42,245 nucleotides of DNA from Phoronis australis. Taxonomy: Eukaryota; Animalia; Phoronida. The notes under the pieces were generated by a model that worked only from the letters and a program-made list of their open reading frames with translations, did no database searches and was not told where the DNA came from. Of the stretch, positions 11,301 through 22,600 are shown piece after piece. Numbering within the stretch: the stretch's first letter is position 1; each line of letters begins with the position of its first letter. The position numbers and the translations under genes are program-made. The stretch is taken from NCBI GenBank assembly GCA_002633005.1, contig NMRA01001185.1:1-42245 (forward strand), in the 5' to 3' direction.

Positions 11301-12909
11301 CAGAGGGTTAACTCATATAGGTTCACTGTAAATAGCTGACTTCCTAAACACCTGCACCATATTGAAATTCACTATCCCACAACACTATCATGTCGTTGGT
11401 GGACAGGCATTCAGCGCCATCTACAGATGCCACGTAATGCTGATGAGAAGTTTCAACCTAGTGATATAAACAGCGTTTCAACACCTTTCCTGCTATCACA
11501 ATGCCGGCAAGTCTGGTGTGTGGTGGGATATACTAATGGCTTATGGAAAAAAGCAAACCTCTTGAAATATCCATGAATGAAGGACATCCTGTCCCATACA
11601 ATTGAATTCTCACTGCAAAGAAAAATCTGTGGCTGCATAGTCAGTGGCTGTGACTGATAAAGCGTGAGAATTTGGATATCACCCAATCTTAAAAAAACAA
11701 AAATAAATTAGAGACCTTAACGTAACCAACCAATGGGAGGGGATGGACAATGGAATTAATTTCTGTGTTTTTAAGTTAATGAACTACAATGTGTAGTGGT
11801 TTATTTTTGTCCACCAAATCTGAGTCAGGATCAAGCCGAAGTCCCTTTCTCGCTCTCAATACTCTAGAGAGCGCCAATATGAAAAGTCCTCTACTAAAGA
11901 ACTAGAGAGTCAATTCTTTTAAGCTCATTGAAAGAGAAAGAAGTAGAAGGTGAACTCTTACAAGCAATCTGTTAATGAAATAAATAGATTGTGAATTCTT
12001 AAACATTCATTGTGAAAGATTGTAAAGTTGTGACCTGGGAGGTGGTGAAGATGGCAGTCAGACCAGCTAACAGTAAGTCAACAGGTTTATCAGCACAACA
12101 TTCTATAAATAGAAACTTCAAGTGTGGGCTACACTACATCATCCCCAGATAATCACATGAAGTAGCCACAGAATTACATATTGGACCATGTGTCGATGGT
12201 TGCATACTGGATCTGTTGGACCAAGTGTCAATGGTTGGACACTGGAATAAAATAGATCTTTTGAGCAAGTGTCGATGGTTGGACACTGAAATCAAATAAA
12301 TCTGTTGGTACAAGTGTCTACTTCAATGACGGAATTAAAGAGATCTGAGGAGCCCTAGTCCTGAGGGTTATAAATCCTCCAAATTCCTGAAAGGGAATTA
12401 GAAACAGTATTTAAATAACTGCCAAAGACATGTAATAACCTACTTATCCTACATTTTGAGACAATAACTTGTTTAAGTTCACAAAACAAACAGAACAATA
12501 TATCCAATCCCTGTACATTGCAGCGGATCAATTTAAACTACACATGTGAGCACCTTCTTCTGTTATTTGTAACCATGTCTCATTTTAAGTCATTCTTTGA
12601 TCCGTAATTGTGTGTAATGATGAGCTAAATGCACACACACAAATGATGCCTGCATGTTCCCCATGATGTTATAAAAGTAACACCAAAATCACTAGTCATA
12701 CGACTTCACATCAATTGGTTTGGAAAGACAACAACCTGTCATTGTGTTAAAGACAGTTCTGATGAGGCTGTATTTGTAACTGGGCCTACCTCGAGTGGTT
12801 GAGCTTCCCAAGTTTTGTCAGCAGTCATCACAGAGTCATTGAACTGCCAACAACCGACGCACAGTGGCGAAACCTTCAGGTCACTTCCGGGAATTGTGAT
12901 GTGTTCCAT
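5246..12909 (-). CDS. Aldo-keto reductase, whole gene (8 coding exons, 340 aa); bacterial-type AKR11/YhdN-IolS-like branch
   Basis: complement(join(12790-12909,11113-11175,10456-10641,9873-10031,8250-8428,8009-8060,6843-7004,5246-5347)) = 1023 nt. All introns are GT-AG and phases agree. Motifs: LKVSPLCVGCWQF, GVNFFDTAEAY (catalytic D, Y), VVASKFG (K), TDYLDLYQAHW (H), GRIRYYGVSN, NQLCYNLL, AYSPLQQGLLSG, VIVGARSPEQL. An acceptor 10 nt before the ATG (ttttag at 12920) suggests an upstream non-coding exon. Confidence 0.93.
5320..6218. repeat. Minisatellite, 40-41 bp unit, ~22 diverged copies, spanning the AKR last intron/exon junction
   Basis: Consensus ggacatcctacaacataatgaacactgactgagctcaacga; on the minus strand it reads ttatgttgtag|GATGTCCT..GAGCTCAGTCAGTGTTCA. 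Confidence 0.95.
6843..7004 (-). CDS. AKR coding exon 7
   Basis: cag|AIHAIKNVCDRENVVMSQAALSWLLQQQGVSCVIVGARSPEQLEQNCKMVKLSK|gtaatg. Confidence 0.92.
7170..7430. repeat. Degenerate ~70 bp tandem repeat (~3.5 copies)
   Basis: tttgatgagtga..gcacctttaaa..aaaccac-like units recur near 7198, 7267, 7340 and 7408. Confidence 0.6.
8009..8060 (-). CDS. AKR coding exon 6
   Basis: ttttcag|(S)CSLSRHGKDGCEQELFE|gtaaga; 52 nt restores phase. Confidence 0.88.
8250..8428 (-). CDS. AKR coding exon 5
   Basis: cag|LCYNLLARTIEDEIVPFCVDHELSILAYSPLQQGLLSG...RRRTRHFKMS|gtatgt (ends in phase 2). Confidence 0.92.
8573..9422. mobile_element. TTAA-flanked non-autonomous DNA transposon (Kolobok-like)
   Basis: TTAA at 8569-8572 and 9423-9426. 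Imperfect TIRs GGTT-ATGTAGCACTTTA vs GGTTTATGTGGGACCTTA. GG termini with a TTAA target fit Kolobok rather than piggyBac (CC termini). Confidence 0.55.
9414..9705. repeat. Minisatellite, 21 bp x 14
   Basis: acataaaccttaaagtattgt, near-perfect copies. Confidence 0.97.
9873..10031 (-). CDS. AKR coding exon 4
   Basis: tag|AHWGAVFGDMEACVKELKRQQSLGRIRYYGVSNHG...PLTNQ|gtgact. Confidence 0.92.
10456..10641 (-). CDS. AKR coding exon 3
   Basis: cag|AYKNSEVVLGKALAGRRQNAVVASKFG...LQTDYLDLYQ|gtatgt. Confidence 0.92.
11113..11175 (-). CDS. AKR coding exon 2
   Basis: tag|VSCKIVDKALEMGVNFFDTAE|gtaaaa. Confidence 0.92.
12181..12320. repeat. Short degenerate tandem repeat (35-45 bp, ~3.5 copies)
   Basis: ttggaccaagtgtcgatggttggacactg..gatctg-like unit recurs. 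Confidence 0.7.
12790..12909 (-). CDS. AKR coding exon 1
   Basis: MEHITIPGSDLKVSPLCVGCWQFNDSVMTADKTWEAQPLE, donor gtaggc. Confidence 0.9.
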
Positions 12910-13523
12910 GGTCAACAAACTAAAAAGGATAAACCAATGGCATTAATATACACAGTGAGCAACGTAGAGCATCTGATTTGTGCCCACTGCGTGCATCGCA
13001 TATAGCACAGATTTACAAAAGATGATCAACCCACAAGAGGGAGCAATACTGATAAACTTAGAATAGCCTCTAGAAGGCACAAAGCAGGACGTTCCAAAAT
13101 TGTCAGAGAAATCCTGTAACAAATGAAACATTGAACAAGCAGTATGGTATAAGAACTCAGGTGGACATCACAAGTTGTAGCACTAATGACATTTGACAAA
13201 GTAAAGGGGTGACTTCTTGACATGCGTAATAGGAACATAGGACCAAAATTTCACATTCACAACACTCCCTGAAGTGGTTAGAGAGAAACAGCTGAATGCC
13301 ATGACATAGAATTGCCACCAGAGGGTACAGCACTAGACAGATTTGTTCAACCATTTACAGGTGTGGTCTCATCCCCAGTACAAACATACAAGTCACTCTT
13401 CATAAATGTTTCAAAATAGAGAGATCGCTGCAAAAAACAAATTGTCATAAGGCGGCACAGCATTCACTTGATCCTGATCTGTCTGAAAATAAAAAAGTGT
13501 CCTTCAATCTTTGACATGGCGCA

Positions 13524-14018
13524 TGGAGAATTTATCTATTACATTGATCACTGCCAAGATTCCCTTTGCCCTCAGACAACTTTTATAATGCCTATTCAAC
13601 ATGCCCTTTGTATTCATCTAATGAAACGGAAAGGTTATGATCGTTAGTACTACTGGCTACTTTCTCTACAGTTACACTGAAAACATTTGCACAGAGCTAC
13701 ATTCTGAAATGTCCAAAGTATGATTTTGGTTTGGCACAATTTAAATATTACATAAATAACTAAAACTACAAATTTTGGTTCATCTTGACAAAGGGTCATT
13801 TCCCAAACAACTGTTGGTTTTAAATATGTTTCACACCGGTGTTCATCGAAGTCTACTTTGTTTTTTTCCTTGCCAGGTTGCTATCGTTTGATTTTATTTT
13901 TAAGTTTGAAGAGCCACTGCAAAAATTGGCAGATTTTGATCATCAGCGAAACTACTCGGTAGTCAGCTCTCACCCAACAACCCAACTAATCCATTGGACG
14001 AACCATCTCATTGACTTT
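13524..14018 (-). repeat. Old dispersed repeat, copy B (inverted partner of 2284-2780)
   Basis: See copy A; the 57-bp core differs by about 6 substitutions and one indel. Confidence 0.7.
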
Positions 14019-15383
14019 GAAGCAGGTGTTAGTCTTAACATGTTTTATAGCCAGCTGATTACCATTGCACATTCTTGCAAACATCACATTTTTCCGGTAA
14101 CATGTCACTCCTCCACTAAAGTAGTTCAACATGACTGGGCAACCAGCGCTGTCTTGAAAGCTGTTGACATCTAATTTGGTCACTGTGTGTTGCTTTTCTT
14201 TGTCATGATGTAGTTTATTGGTATGCTAAAAGAATAAACTATGTGATATAACTGTTAATTATGATCAGCGTCCAAGTTTATGTCAATATGCAGAGTTGTT
14301 TCTTTTAAATACCTGACCAATGTTTGTGACTTTTAGTTTATTAGTTCATCAGTTTTTAAAAATCAAACACCATACTATGTTGACTTTTATAGCTGAATAC
14401 CGCTGCAACGAAAATGATTGGTTTATGGATTTTGAAAATTTGCTAGTATGCACAGGCAGATGTTCACTTTAATAGTTTATGGCCGCTTAATGCCATAATC
14501 ACAAATTGTGTCCGACTCTGTTGCCGCGTACTCTTTGTTCCTGGTGAAATACTTGTCAAATTTTAAGAAGATCCATCGCAGGACTCCGTACTACTTAGAA
14601 ACTGTAGAAATTTGTTTAATTCTAAATTTTTTTGTCCACAATAATAGTCTATAGTCTACCATAATGACTGTGCTTCGCGTTCATAAAAAACGATTACCGG
14701 TAAAAGCCTCAGTGTTAGAAGCAGTACTGCTGGGGGTGGGCGAATTAATTTCCACCTCAATCAGAAGGCACAAGTACCTTTTCGCTCAACTTGCTCAAGT
14801 GTCCAAGGGTTATCATTGTACTTAACACCAAGTGCCGCTAATAAATAATGATGTCGCAGGGGTCTCAGCTCCAGCGCAAAACTACAGGTTTTGTTTTGAC
14901 TATACAGATGCTCTGTTGGTGGTCCACATACTAGTAGGGCCTATACTAGTCTACTATATCCCTAGGGAAGAACTGAAAGGTTGTCATTGCCGTGGATCAG
15001 GCTAGAGTTGGCTTGTCATGGTATGTCATTCCGTGTGCCAAGCATGATGTCTAGTTTACAGTACCCTTCTCTGAACTGACATTAGGCAACACTTACGCTA
15101 ACAGGATTTGCACGCAAGTGGAAGGAAACGCATGCACTCAGTGTACACCCCAGAGAATCCAGCAAATTCCTCAGCACATCAAAGCCACGCGCGTTGATTT
15201 GTGAATCGATTAGGACGGGTTTATCAGACTGACTTAAACTCACTCTGGCATTGGGGTAATAAAACCCCAAATGTTATCGTAGAAGTTGCCTAATTATGGG
15301 CCAGGTAATCTGGCCAGGTCACCAGCACAACAGACCTGCCACTAGTGCCACTGTCACTGAGTTCTTCCAGTGTGCAACAGTTG

Positions 15384-15491
15384 GATAAAGAGTCCCGGAT
15401 TTAAAACTGATTAGCGAAGCAGTTACTACTACTGAATAACAGACATTATTCAGTGGGAGTAACTGGTTCTCAAATCAGGGACCCCTCTATC
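15384..15491. mobile_element. ~108 bp palindromic element (family shared with 34202-34294)
   Basis: Inner stem cagttactactactgaataa/ttattcagtgggagtaactg; outer stem gataaagagtcccggattt/aaatcagggacccctctatc. Confidence 0.65.
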
Positions 15492-16167
15492 ATGTCTTGT
15501 AAATCCATTTGGTTATAACTGATGCAACATTGTCTTCGGACCTTGGATAGAATTCTGTGAAGTACATGATCATTATTGTGTAATATATCGTCAACCGGCA
15601 AATTCAGTTACTGTTTAAGCCATCATGTGCACAAACAGCAAGTTACGCATTCAGCCATTCACTCCACAACACTAAAAGTTTAACATTCATGACACAGATG
15701 TTAGACCCTCCAAGGCCTCCAAGAGCACGATAAATACGTCTTGTCACGACACAGTCATAGGAAGCTTAGTATATCCTCAAAATAATGAGGTTTTCTCCTA
15801 ACTTCCTTGCCAACTTCCTTGCAAGGTAAAAGTCGCGACCAATTTCTACTGCGGAAAGTGGTCGAGGCGAGTTTACAAGCCGATTTTGAAAGATTCTGTT
15901 CTTTTCGCTTACCTCTCAACGACACAGAACGCTCTGTTATCAGCGAGGAGTATCGTTGACCTGTGCGTTGGCCCAGTTCAGACGGCGGTAGTGTCTGCAG
16001 ACGAACTTCGATCAGACAGCCACAGACTCCTTCACGTTGACCTATATCTGAAGAAACAGAACGGAAACAAAAATTAAACCGGAACTGAACAGACCCTCTA
16101 GATTGTGTGACGTCAGCGTGTGGGGCCAGAACCTGTAGCTCACAGCAGAGGACACTAGTTCAGCGGT

Positions 16168-16308
16168 GCCGGTTGCATGAAACAGTCCCAAATAGGGAAT
16201 AAGGGACCGAGTGTAGTGGACCACTTCATGCAACAGTCCTTAAACACAATCCTTGTAGGGACTTCCTTAACTAGTTTGGGAACTTGGCTGTTTCTGATGC
16301 AACCCGGC
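16168..16308. mobile_element. Small MITE (possibly PIF/Harbinger-like TIRs)
   Basis: gccggttgcatgaaacag..cccaaa vs reverse complement of the right end gccgggttgcatcagaaacag..cccaaa; no TSD recognised. Confidence 0.55.
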
Positions 16309-17199
16309 GGGCACAGGTCCCTAAATCTGAATTACATACTGTTGTAATTTCATTAATGAAGTCAATTGTTGGCTTTGATACAAAGCGAGAGTGATGACGT
16401 TGAATTCTCAATATCATTAAAAATAAGTACCGGTAGGCCTAGGGACCTTTTCAGGCAACGCTCCTAAGTCTTGTCGACTATCCCCATTTTTCAATGAGGG
16501 TTCAGATTGTTACATCATTAGAAACGAGGAGTCCGGCAAAGAGCTAGCAGCTCCATGATATAGATATGATAAAAAATATTACAATCTGTAATTAGTAAAG
16601 AACGACACTAATATGCTGATTTGGGGACTTACTGTAACCCTATGACCTCTTGCGATTACGTAAGATGTGGCCGTGCAGTTAAATGAGAACTGATGACGTG
16701 ACTGGCTAGTTTACTAGCTAGGAGTCCTATAGGCGTAGGTTAGCACGCCAGGTAAGGTATCGTTAGAAAAGTTATTTTCGTTTTTATTTGTATTGACATA
16801 GCTACAAGAATCAAGACTATATTCTTACAGTCCTGTTAGTACTCAAGCCTTTTGTGCGATGTTAGATATTGTACGAAACTTGAAAATTAATTTTGTGCCG
16901 CACGTCTTAAATGAAAAAAATTGGCCCTCATTGCCTGCCGGTGAGACTATACCGTAGCCACAAAAGAGTTCAATGTACCATATGTTTCACATGCAATATA
17001 CAAATTCGTTATTTTGTCCGAAACAGGATCATACAAGCGTGCAGCAAACATGCCGCAAGCTTGCGGCAAACAATTTTGTTTGCAGCAAACCAGCCGTAAA
17101 GTTTGCAGGAGTTTGCCGCTACCCGCAACTCAGCCGCACACATTGCCGCAACCTTGCTGCAAACACTGAAGTTTGCAGGAATGTTGCGGCAAACTTGGT

Positions 17200-17670
17200 G
17201 ATTGAAAGTGTTTGCCGGAAAGTTGCAGGAAACTTTATTGTTAAAATGTGTTTGCGGGGAAGTTGCAGCGAGGAAACTTTATTGGTGAAAAAATGTTTGC
17301 AGGAAAGTTGCAGGAAACTTTATTGATAAAAAAGTGTTTGCGGGAAAGTTGCAGGAAACTTTATTGATAAAAAGTGTTTGCGGGAAAGTTGCAAGAAACT
17401 TTATTGGTGAAAAAGTGATTGCGGTAATGTTGCAGGAAATTTTATTGGTGAAAAAGTGTTTGCAGAAAGTTGCAATAAACTTCATTGGTGAAAAAACTGT
17501 TTGCGGGAAAGTTGCAGGAAACTTTATTGATGAAAAAGTGTTTGCGGGAAAGTTGCAGGAAACTTAATTGGTGAAAAAGTGATTGCGGGAAAGTTGCAGG
17601 AAACTTTATTGGTGGAAAAGTGTTTGCGGGAAGTTGCAGGAAACTTTATTGGAGAAAAGTGTTCTCAGGA
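17200..17670. repeat. Minisatellite, ~41 bp x ~11, likely internal to a DNA transposon (~16950-17940)
   Basis: gaaaaagtgtttgcgggaaagttgcaggaaactttattggt. Preceded by ttgc.gcaa motifs including a perfect palindrome tgccgcaagcttgcggca (17051-17068). Weak TIR cgtagc..aaaa/tttttgctacg. Confidence 0.9.
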
Positions 17671-18706
17671 ATATGTGAAAAAGTGCTTGCACGAAATTTG
17701 CAGTAAACTTCAACAACATCGACTGGGGTTCGAACCCAACAATTTCCACAGAAAATCTCGGCTTTGAACCCCAGTCAGGAAAAGGGTCTTTTCATTCTTA
17801 AGTTATGTGTTGACCAACACGTGGCGTGTATGAAGACTTTGTTCTTTAAATGTTTGTAATTTCCTTGTGAATGAAATTTTGCGAAGACTTGACAAAATGC
17901 AACTTGTTACTGCGACACAATTAACATTTTTGCTACGCAATTCATGGAAAACAAGTAGCGAGTAAGTTTACTTCATATAAATTGGGCATTTATTGCCGGG
18001 GTAGACCATTTTTAAAACGATACACCATAGATCGGGCGCGCGCCACTCAGATACATGCAGTTCGCGTTGTCAACATGACGCCATATTGGAGAGTGTTACA
18101 CTGGACAAAAATGGCGGAAAACACTGGAGCCCTACAGCATCAGTCAGAAAATCGGCCGACTCGCAGTGTTATGCTTGTAGCCAAAGAGTTAATCTTTTTG
18201 TTCCTGCCTTAAGTCATGGGTTTTTTTAGTTCGGCCATGGAATTTAGCGGTGCTGCCACTAGGTTTTTATGTTCTGCCACCATAATTTAAGCGGAGCGAT
18301 TATTTGTTGTTTCTACATCAGTCTTGATGATTGAGACCATATGAGATCAATTAAAAGATAATTATTGACCAGCATATGCTGTTATCCAATTATGATGCTG
18401 TTTGTTAATTGTACTTCAGTAAATATTTGGTATCAATGACAATCATATGTATTTTTTAATGGAATCCTGTAACAGATCTGAATACCTGAATACAGTGCAG
18501 GTAGATCAAGTCCTTGACCTTTGTTATGACTATAGGTCTATGGACTTGGATCTCAATAGTTTCTAGTATCCTAAGCTTCCACTTCTCTGGGTGTAGTTAA
18601 TCTACTGAATGTCTTCATCAGATCACCAGATCTTATTATTTTCTTAGACAGGACCATAAGCAATTTGTAAGCCATTTACTCATACAGGCCAACTGGGACT
18701 GGTATA

Positions 18707-18946
18707 AATAATAATAATTGCAGGCGGTCTGATACACGTTGCATCAGACGTGCGCAGGCCTCGCATGTGGGCCCATTGCACTGATCACCTGGAAATATTT
18801 TTATGCTTTATTGATATATGGTTAAAACCAAGCTGAGGAGCTAGAAACCTGGCTCAAGGGTTTAGCAGTGTGACATGGTGGGACTTGAACACACAATCTC
18901 GAGTAAAGAAAGTGGGCACTTATCAACCAGGCCACACTGCCTCCTC
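18707..18946 (-). mobile_element. tRNA-derived SINE with (TTA)n tail and 12-bp TSD
   Basis: Minus strand: A box tggcctggttg, B box gttcaagtcc, then cccttgagc; tail attattattatt; perfect direct repeat gggactggtata at 18695-18706 and 18947-18958. Confidence 0.85.
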
Positions 18947-19507
18947 GGGACTGGTATACCTATGAGCAGGATTCACAAAGAACTACATCCACAGTCAATT
19001 TCAAAAGGCACACTGAGAGTGAAGGACACCAGTAATTTACAAACATCTGCCAAATTCTAAGCCAACATGCCCACTGGTTATCCCCTCCAAGTCCAAAATC
19101 GAAGGAAAAGCAACAAATTAACATTCACAGTGAATATTCTATTGTAATTAAAATGACAATACCAAATTACACAACAATGACGTATCACATTACCATGATT
19201 AAAAATGTGAGATGTAAATGGAGACACTGACTGACCAGCTCACAGAAGACACAAGCAAAGCAATTGTGGATTTACCAAGAAATCAGAAATCAAATAACGC
19301 AATACTGAACAGGACTAGGACATGTTTCGCAATTGGTCACAATGACATAAGAGTGGTGTCTCTCTCTGGAAACATTCATCATGCAATCGTGAGAAAATGG
19401 AAATCCGAGCATCAAACTTTCTGGCAGCACTGATTTCACAATGGTCAGTTAAACATAACACAGACTTGGTGTAACGTTACACTAATATTTTCAGTTGTGC
19501 CTTCTCT

Positions 19508-19600
19508 TCAAGGACCGTACTTGGCCGACATGTTCCCCGCAATGTATTTCCAATATTGTGCTCTGATTGTGTCAAAGTTTGTGCTGAGAGCTTCGCACAG
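19508..19600 (-). CDS. FNTA: FNTA last coding exon
   Basis: cag|[30 protein letters not shown]. Confidence 0.92.
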   Translation of the reverse strand: MCEALSTNFDTIRAQYWKYIAGNMSAKYGP

Positions 19601-22600
19601 CTGAAAGAAGAAAAATTAAGAATAGCAAAAAAAAAACAATATGCAAAAATAAATTATGCATAGAAAGATGAATTGGAAGTTCTATTAAGAATTTACAACT
19701 GCCATTGAATCGAAGCAGCCAAATTTTGGTAGGAATGGCTAATAATATGGTTCTCTGATTAGTACTAGCAGTACTTAACAACAGAAATAAAATTCTTATC
19801 ACAAAGGAAAATTTCGGTGATGTAGAGAAAAGTCAGTGGTCAATTTTTAAGCTTTAGGCAGATAAACAGAAGGAAACAATCGTACTACATTCAATTGTTT
19901 AACAATAGAAATTTAAATAATAATAAAAAAATTAATGAAACTACCTCTGGTGCACGAGGTTGGAGTTTGTTTCCTTTCTCTTCCCACTAGGGGTCGCCCC
20001 ATAAAACCAGATCTGACTACACCAAAGTTAAGCTTTGAGCATTGCTGACCCTCTTTACAGGATTTTTAATGTATTTTGTAACTGTTAACTTTTTCGTAAA
20101 TTTGTTCAAGCAACTGTGTGTGAAAATTGCGTTTTTTAAAAACATGAGTCATTCAGAATATGTTTACATTACTCATACAGCCTTTGATTACCACCCGTCA
20201 GCTGCCAACGACTCTCTCCCAAACCAAATAAAATAAATGACAGCTCCACCTGGTGATGTAATGAAGACCTATTAGTTTACAATACCCCATTTCACAACAT
20301 AACCAACCTCCAAAGCCTTAGTTAAGTTTGCACTCTTGTCTTCATGATTCAACTCTAGTCTATCTTCATAGAGGCTGATCATCATAGACAATAGATGGGG
20401 TGAACGTATATTTTTTGCATACAATTCCTGACAAAACTCCTCCACAGTAGGATACCGGCTAATATCATGGTCTGCCAAGATGCTGAAATTCAAAAACTTG
20501 AATTAAATGACTCGTCATAGATGAATATTTGGCAACTATTCACTCGAATGTTTAGCACACACTCTGGTGAACAGGTGAATTTTAATAGATAACATTTGAG
20601 TGATAATTCTTGTGCAGTTAATTCCTTGCTAGGACCAGTGGAATAGTTAGACAAACCGATGATAACCAAAATTCCTTGATGGCTCTATTAGCTGGATAAA
20701 GTTATTTCAACTTTGTGGCCGATGTGTCAGTAAATACAGAAAATGTAGTGTAATCCGTTGGAAATGCGTCCGCGACTAGTCTAGACATTGTCTGATAATT
20801 TGTAACAGACCAATTAGCTCCGCCTTGGTCATCATCACAATTTTGAGGTCTAAAACCAACATATTGACCTCGTCGAAAGTCAATTGTTACATAATAATAT
20901 AACAGAGTATAACATAATACAACACTTGCTATATTACTCAGAAACCATATTCTTTCCAGATGTTTTCACAAATGTTCTGTCAGTTTAACTGGATATTCAC
21001 AACTTCATGCTGAATCTTACCCTCGTAAATAACTCCATGGACTCTCATTGTTTGGAGCTTTTTGAATCATGTGCTGAGTAAAACTGAAAACAAAGACAAG
21101 ATGATCAAACATGTATAAATGTCATAAATGCTCCCCCGGTTTAATAATACTGGCCAAGGTTTTGGATTTGAAATGAAAAAGAACAGTCGTGGTAAATCAT
21201 TTTAACATGGTGGCCACTGCTTCATCACATCCTGGTAACAATGCTATTCATCATGCGTATACGAGTTTGAATTATTGAATAGCAGAGCAGATGACTTAAT
21301 CTCACATATGTAACTGTACCACACCCATGAATTCCCCACGAGTAGTCAATATATTTTGGACAGATTTATTTATTTATTTGCAAAGATTTACCCACAAAGC
21401 TCCATTCACACAAAACGTTACATTGTTTCTTGACCAGTATGAAGACCCCCCTGAAGGAACAAGATATTAAATAAAAAGCCAACATCATAATTTTGATGAA
21501 ACAAGTTCCACGTAAAAAGAGTCAAGCATAAGGTTTCACATGCAAACTGCTTTAGTTCAGAATTCTTACAAGCACATGATGTGACCATCCAAATTCATAA
21601 AATACATGTATGGAACTTATCTAAAATGTAGCTACACTGTATCTCAGTAATGAATTCTCCAGTATATGGAATCTCCACATTGAAACTCTCTCCGATTCCT
21701 CTCCAATAACGGAATCGATACTCTCCCCGATGGCAATTCAGCCAGACATGATCACCAGAGGGTGCTGGGTATTTTCATTTGTGTTTGTGTGACCGCATTA
21801 CTAAGTGACTGCAACTTGTAATGATAATCCTGCCAGAGAAAATAATTCCCATAAAAGACAAGTGTTGAAAATTTTAAACCAAAGAGCATGCAATACAGAA
21901 CAAGCTCTTGACAATCTACGCATTTGAGAATCCTAGTGATAACAATTTAAGTCTGGCAGTTTTAAAGCTGCTACAAACCTTTGTTCCGTTCAACAGGTTG
22001 ATTTATGATTTGGGCCTTCACGAAGCAATCTTGAATAGGCACTTAACTATATGGCTTAGCTTTTCACTGCATGGACTTGTGGAAACATAAGTTGCTCTTT
22101 CTAGTTTTATTTCATTTACTAAAATAAAGTCATTTGTTGTCTTTGGTGGAAACTGAGAATAAACTCTAATTTTGAATTTTCAATATTATTGAAAGTAAAA
22201 TAATATGGAAGATCTTCTCAGACAATGTGTCTAATTTAAAGAATAAGTCCCATTTGCTTTCACTGAAATAAGGGCTCGGATTTTAGATATTAGTGGAAGA
22301 TATATAAAATACAAGATGATAGCTGAAAAACGTTTGTAAGTAAAACAAGAGCAACGCGGAGCGTTGAAATGCGCCCACAATTGCACCGCATACGGTATCC
22401 TTCTAGGGTTGTTTATTGGTACCATAAAGTGGCCAGTAGAGGGCATACTTTGCAAAATGGAAAGGCATGGTCATTGTCTCCTCAATAGGCTAGGGGCAAA
22501 ATGTGAGTAATCTTCATAATACAAGCACATCCTATACACCAGTTGCTTAAAGCACCACAGAAACATAGAATTAAAAACAAATTTNNNNNNNNNNNNNNNN

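Noticed and set aside
13986-14183. 65-aa minus-strand ORF as an extra AKR exon
   Set aside because: The AKR N-terminus is complete at ATG 12909, and the ORF overlaps a decayed repeat.
16911-17767. Cluster of Cys/Lys-rich ORFs
   Set aside because: Artefacts of the 41-bp array.
18860-18944. tRNA gene
   Set aside because: No intact cloverleaf; the tail and TSD identify it as a SINE head.
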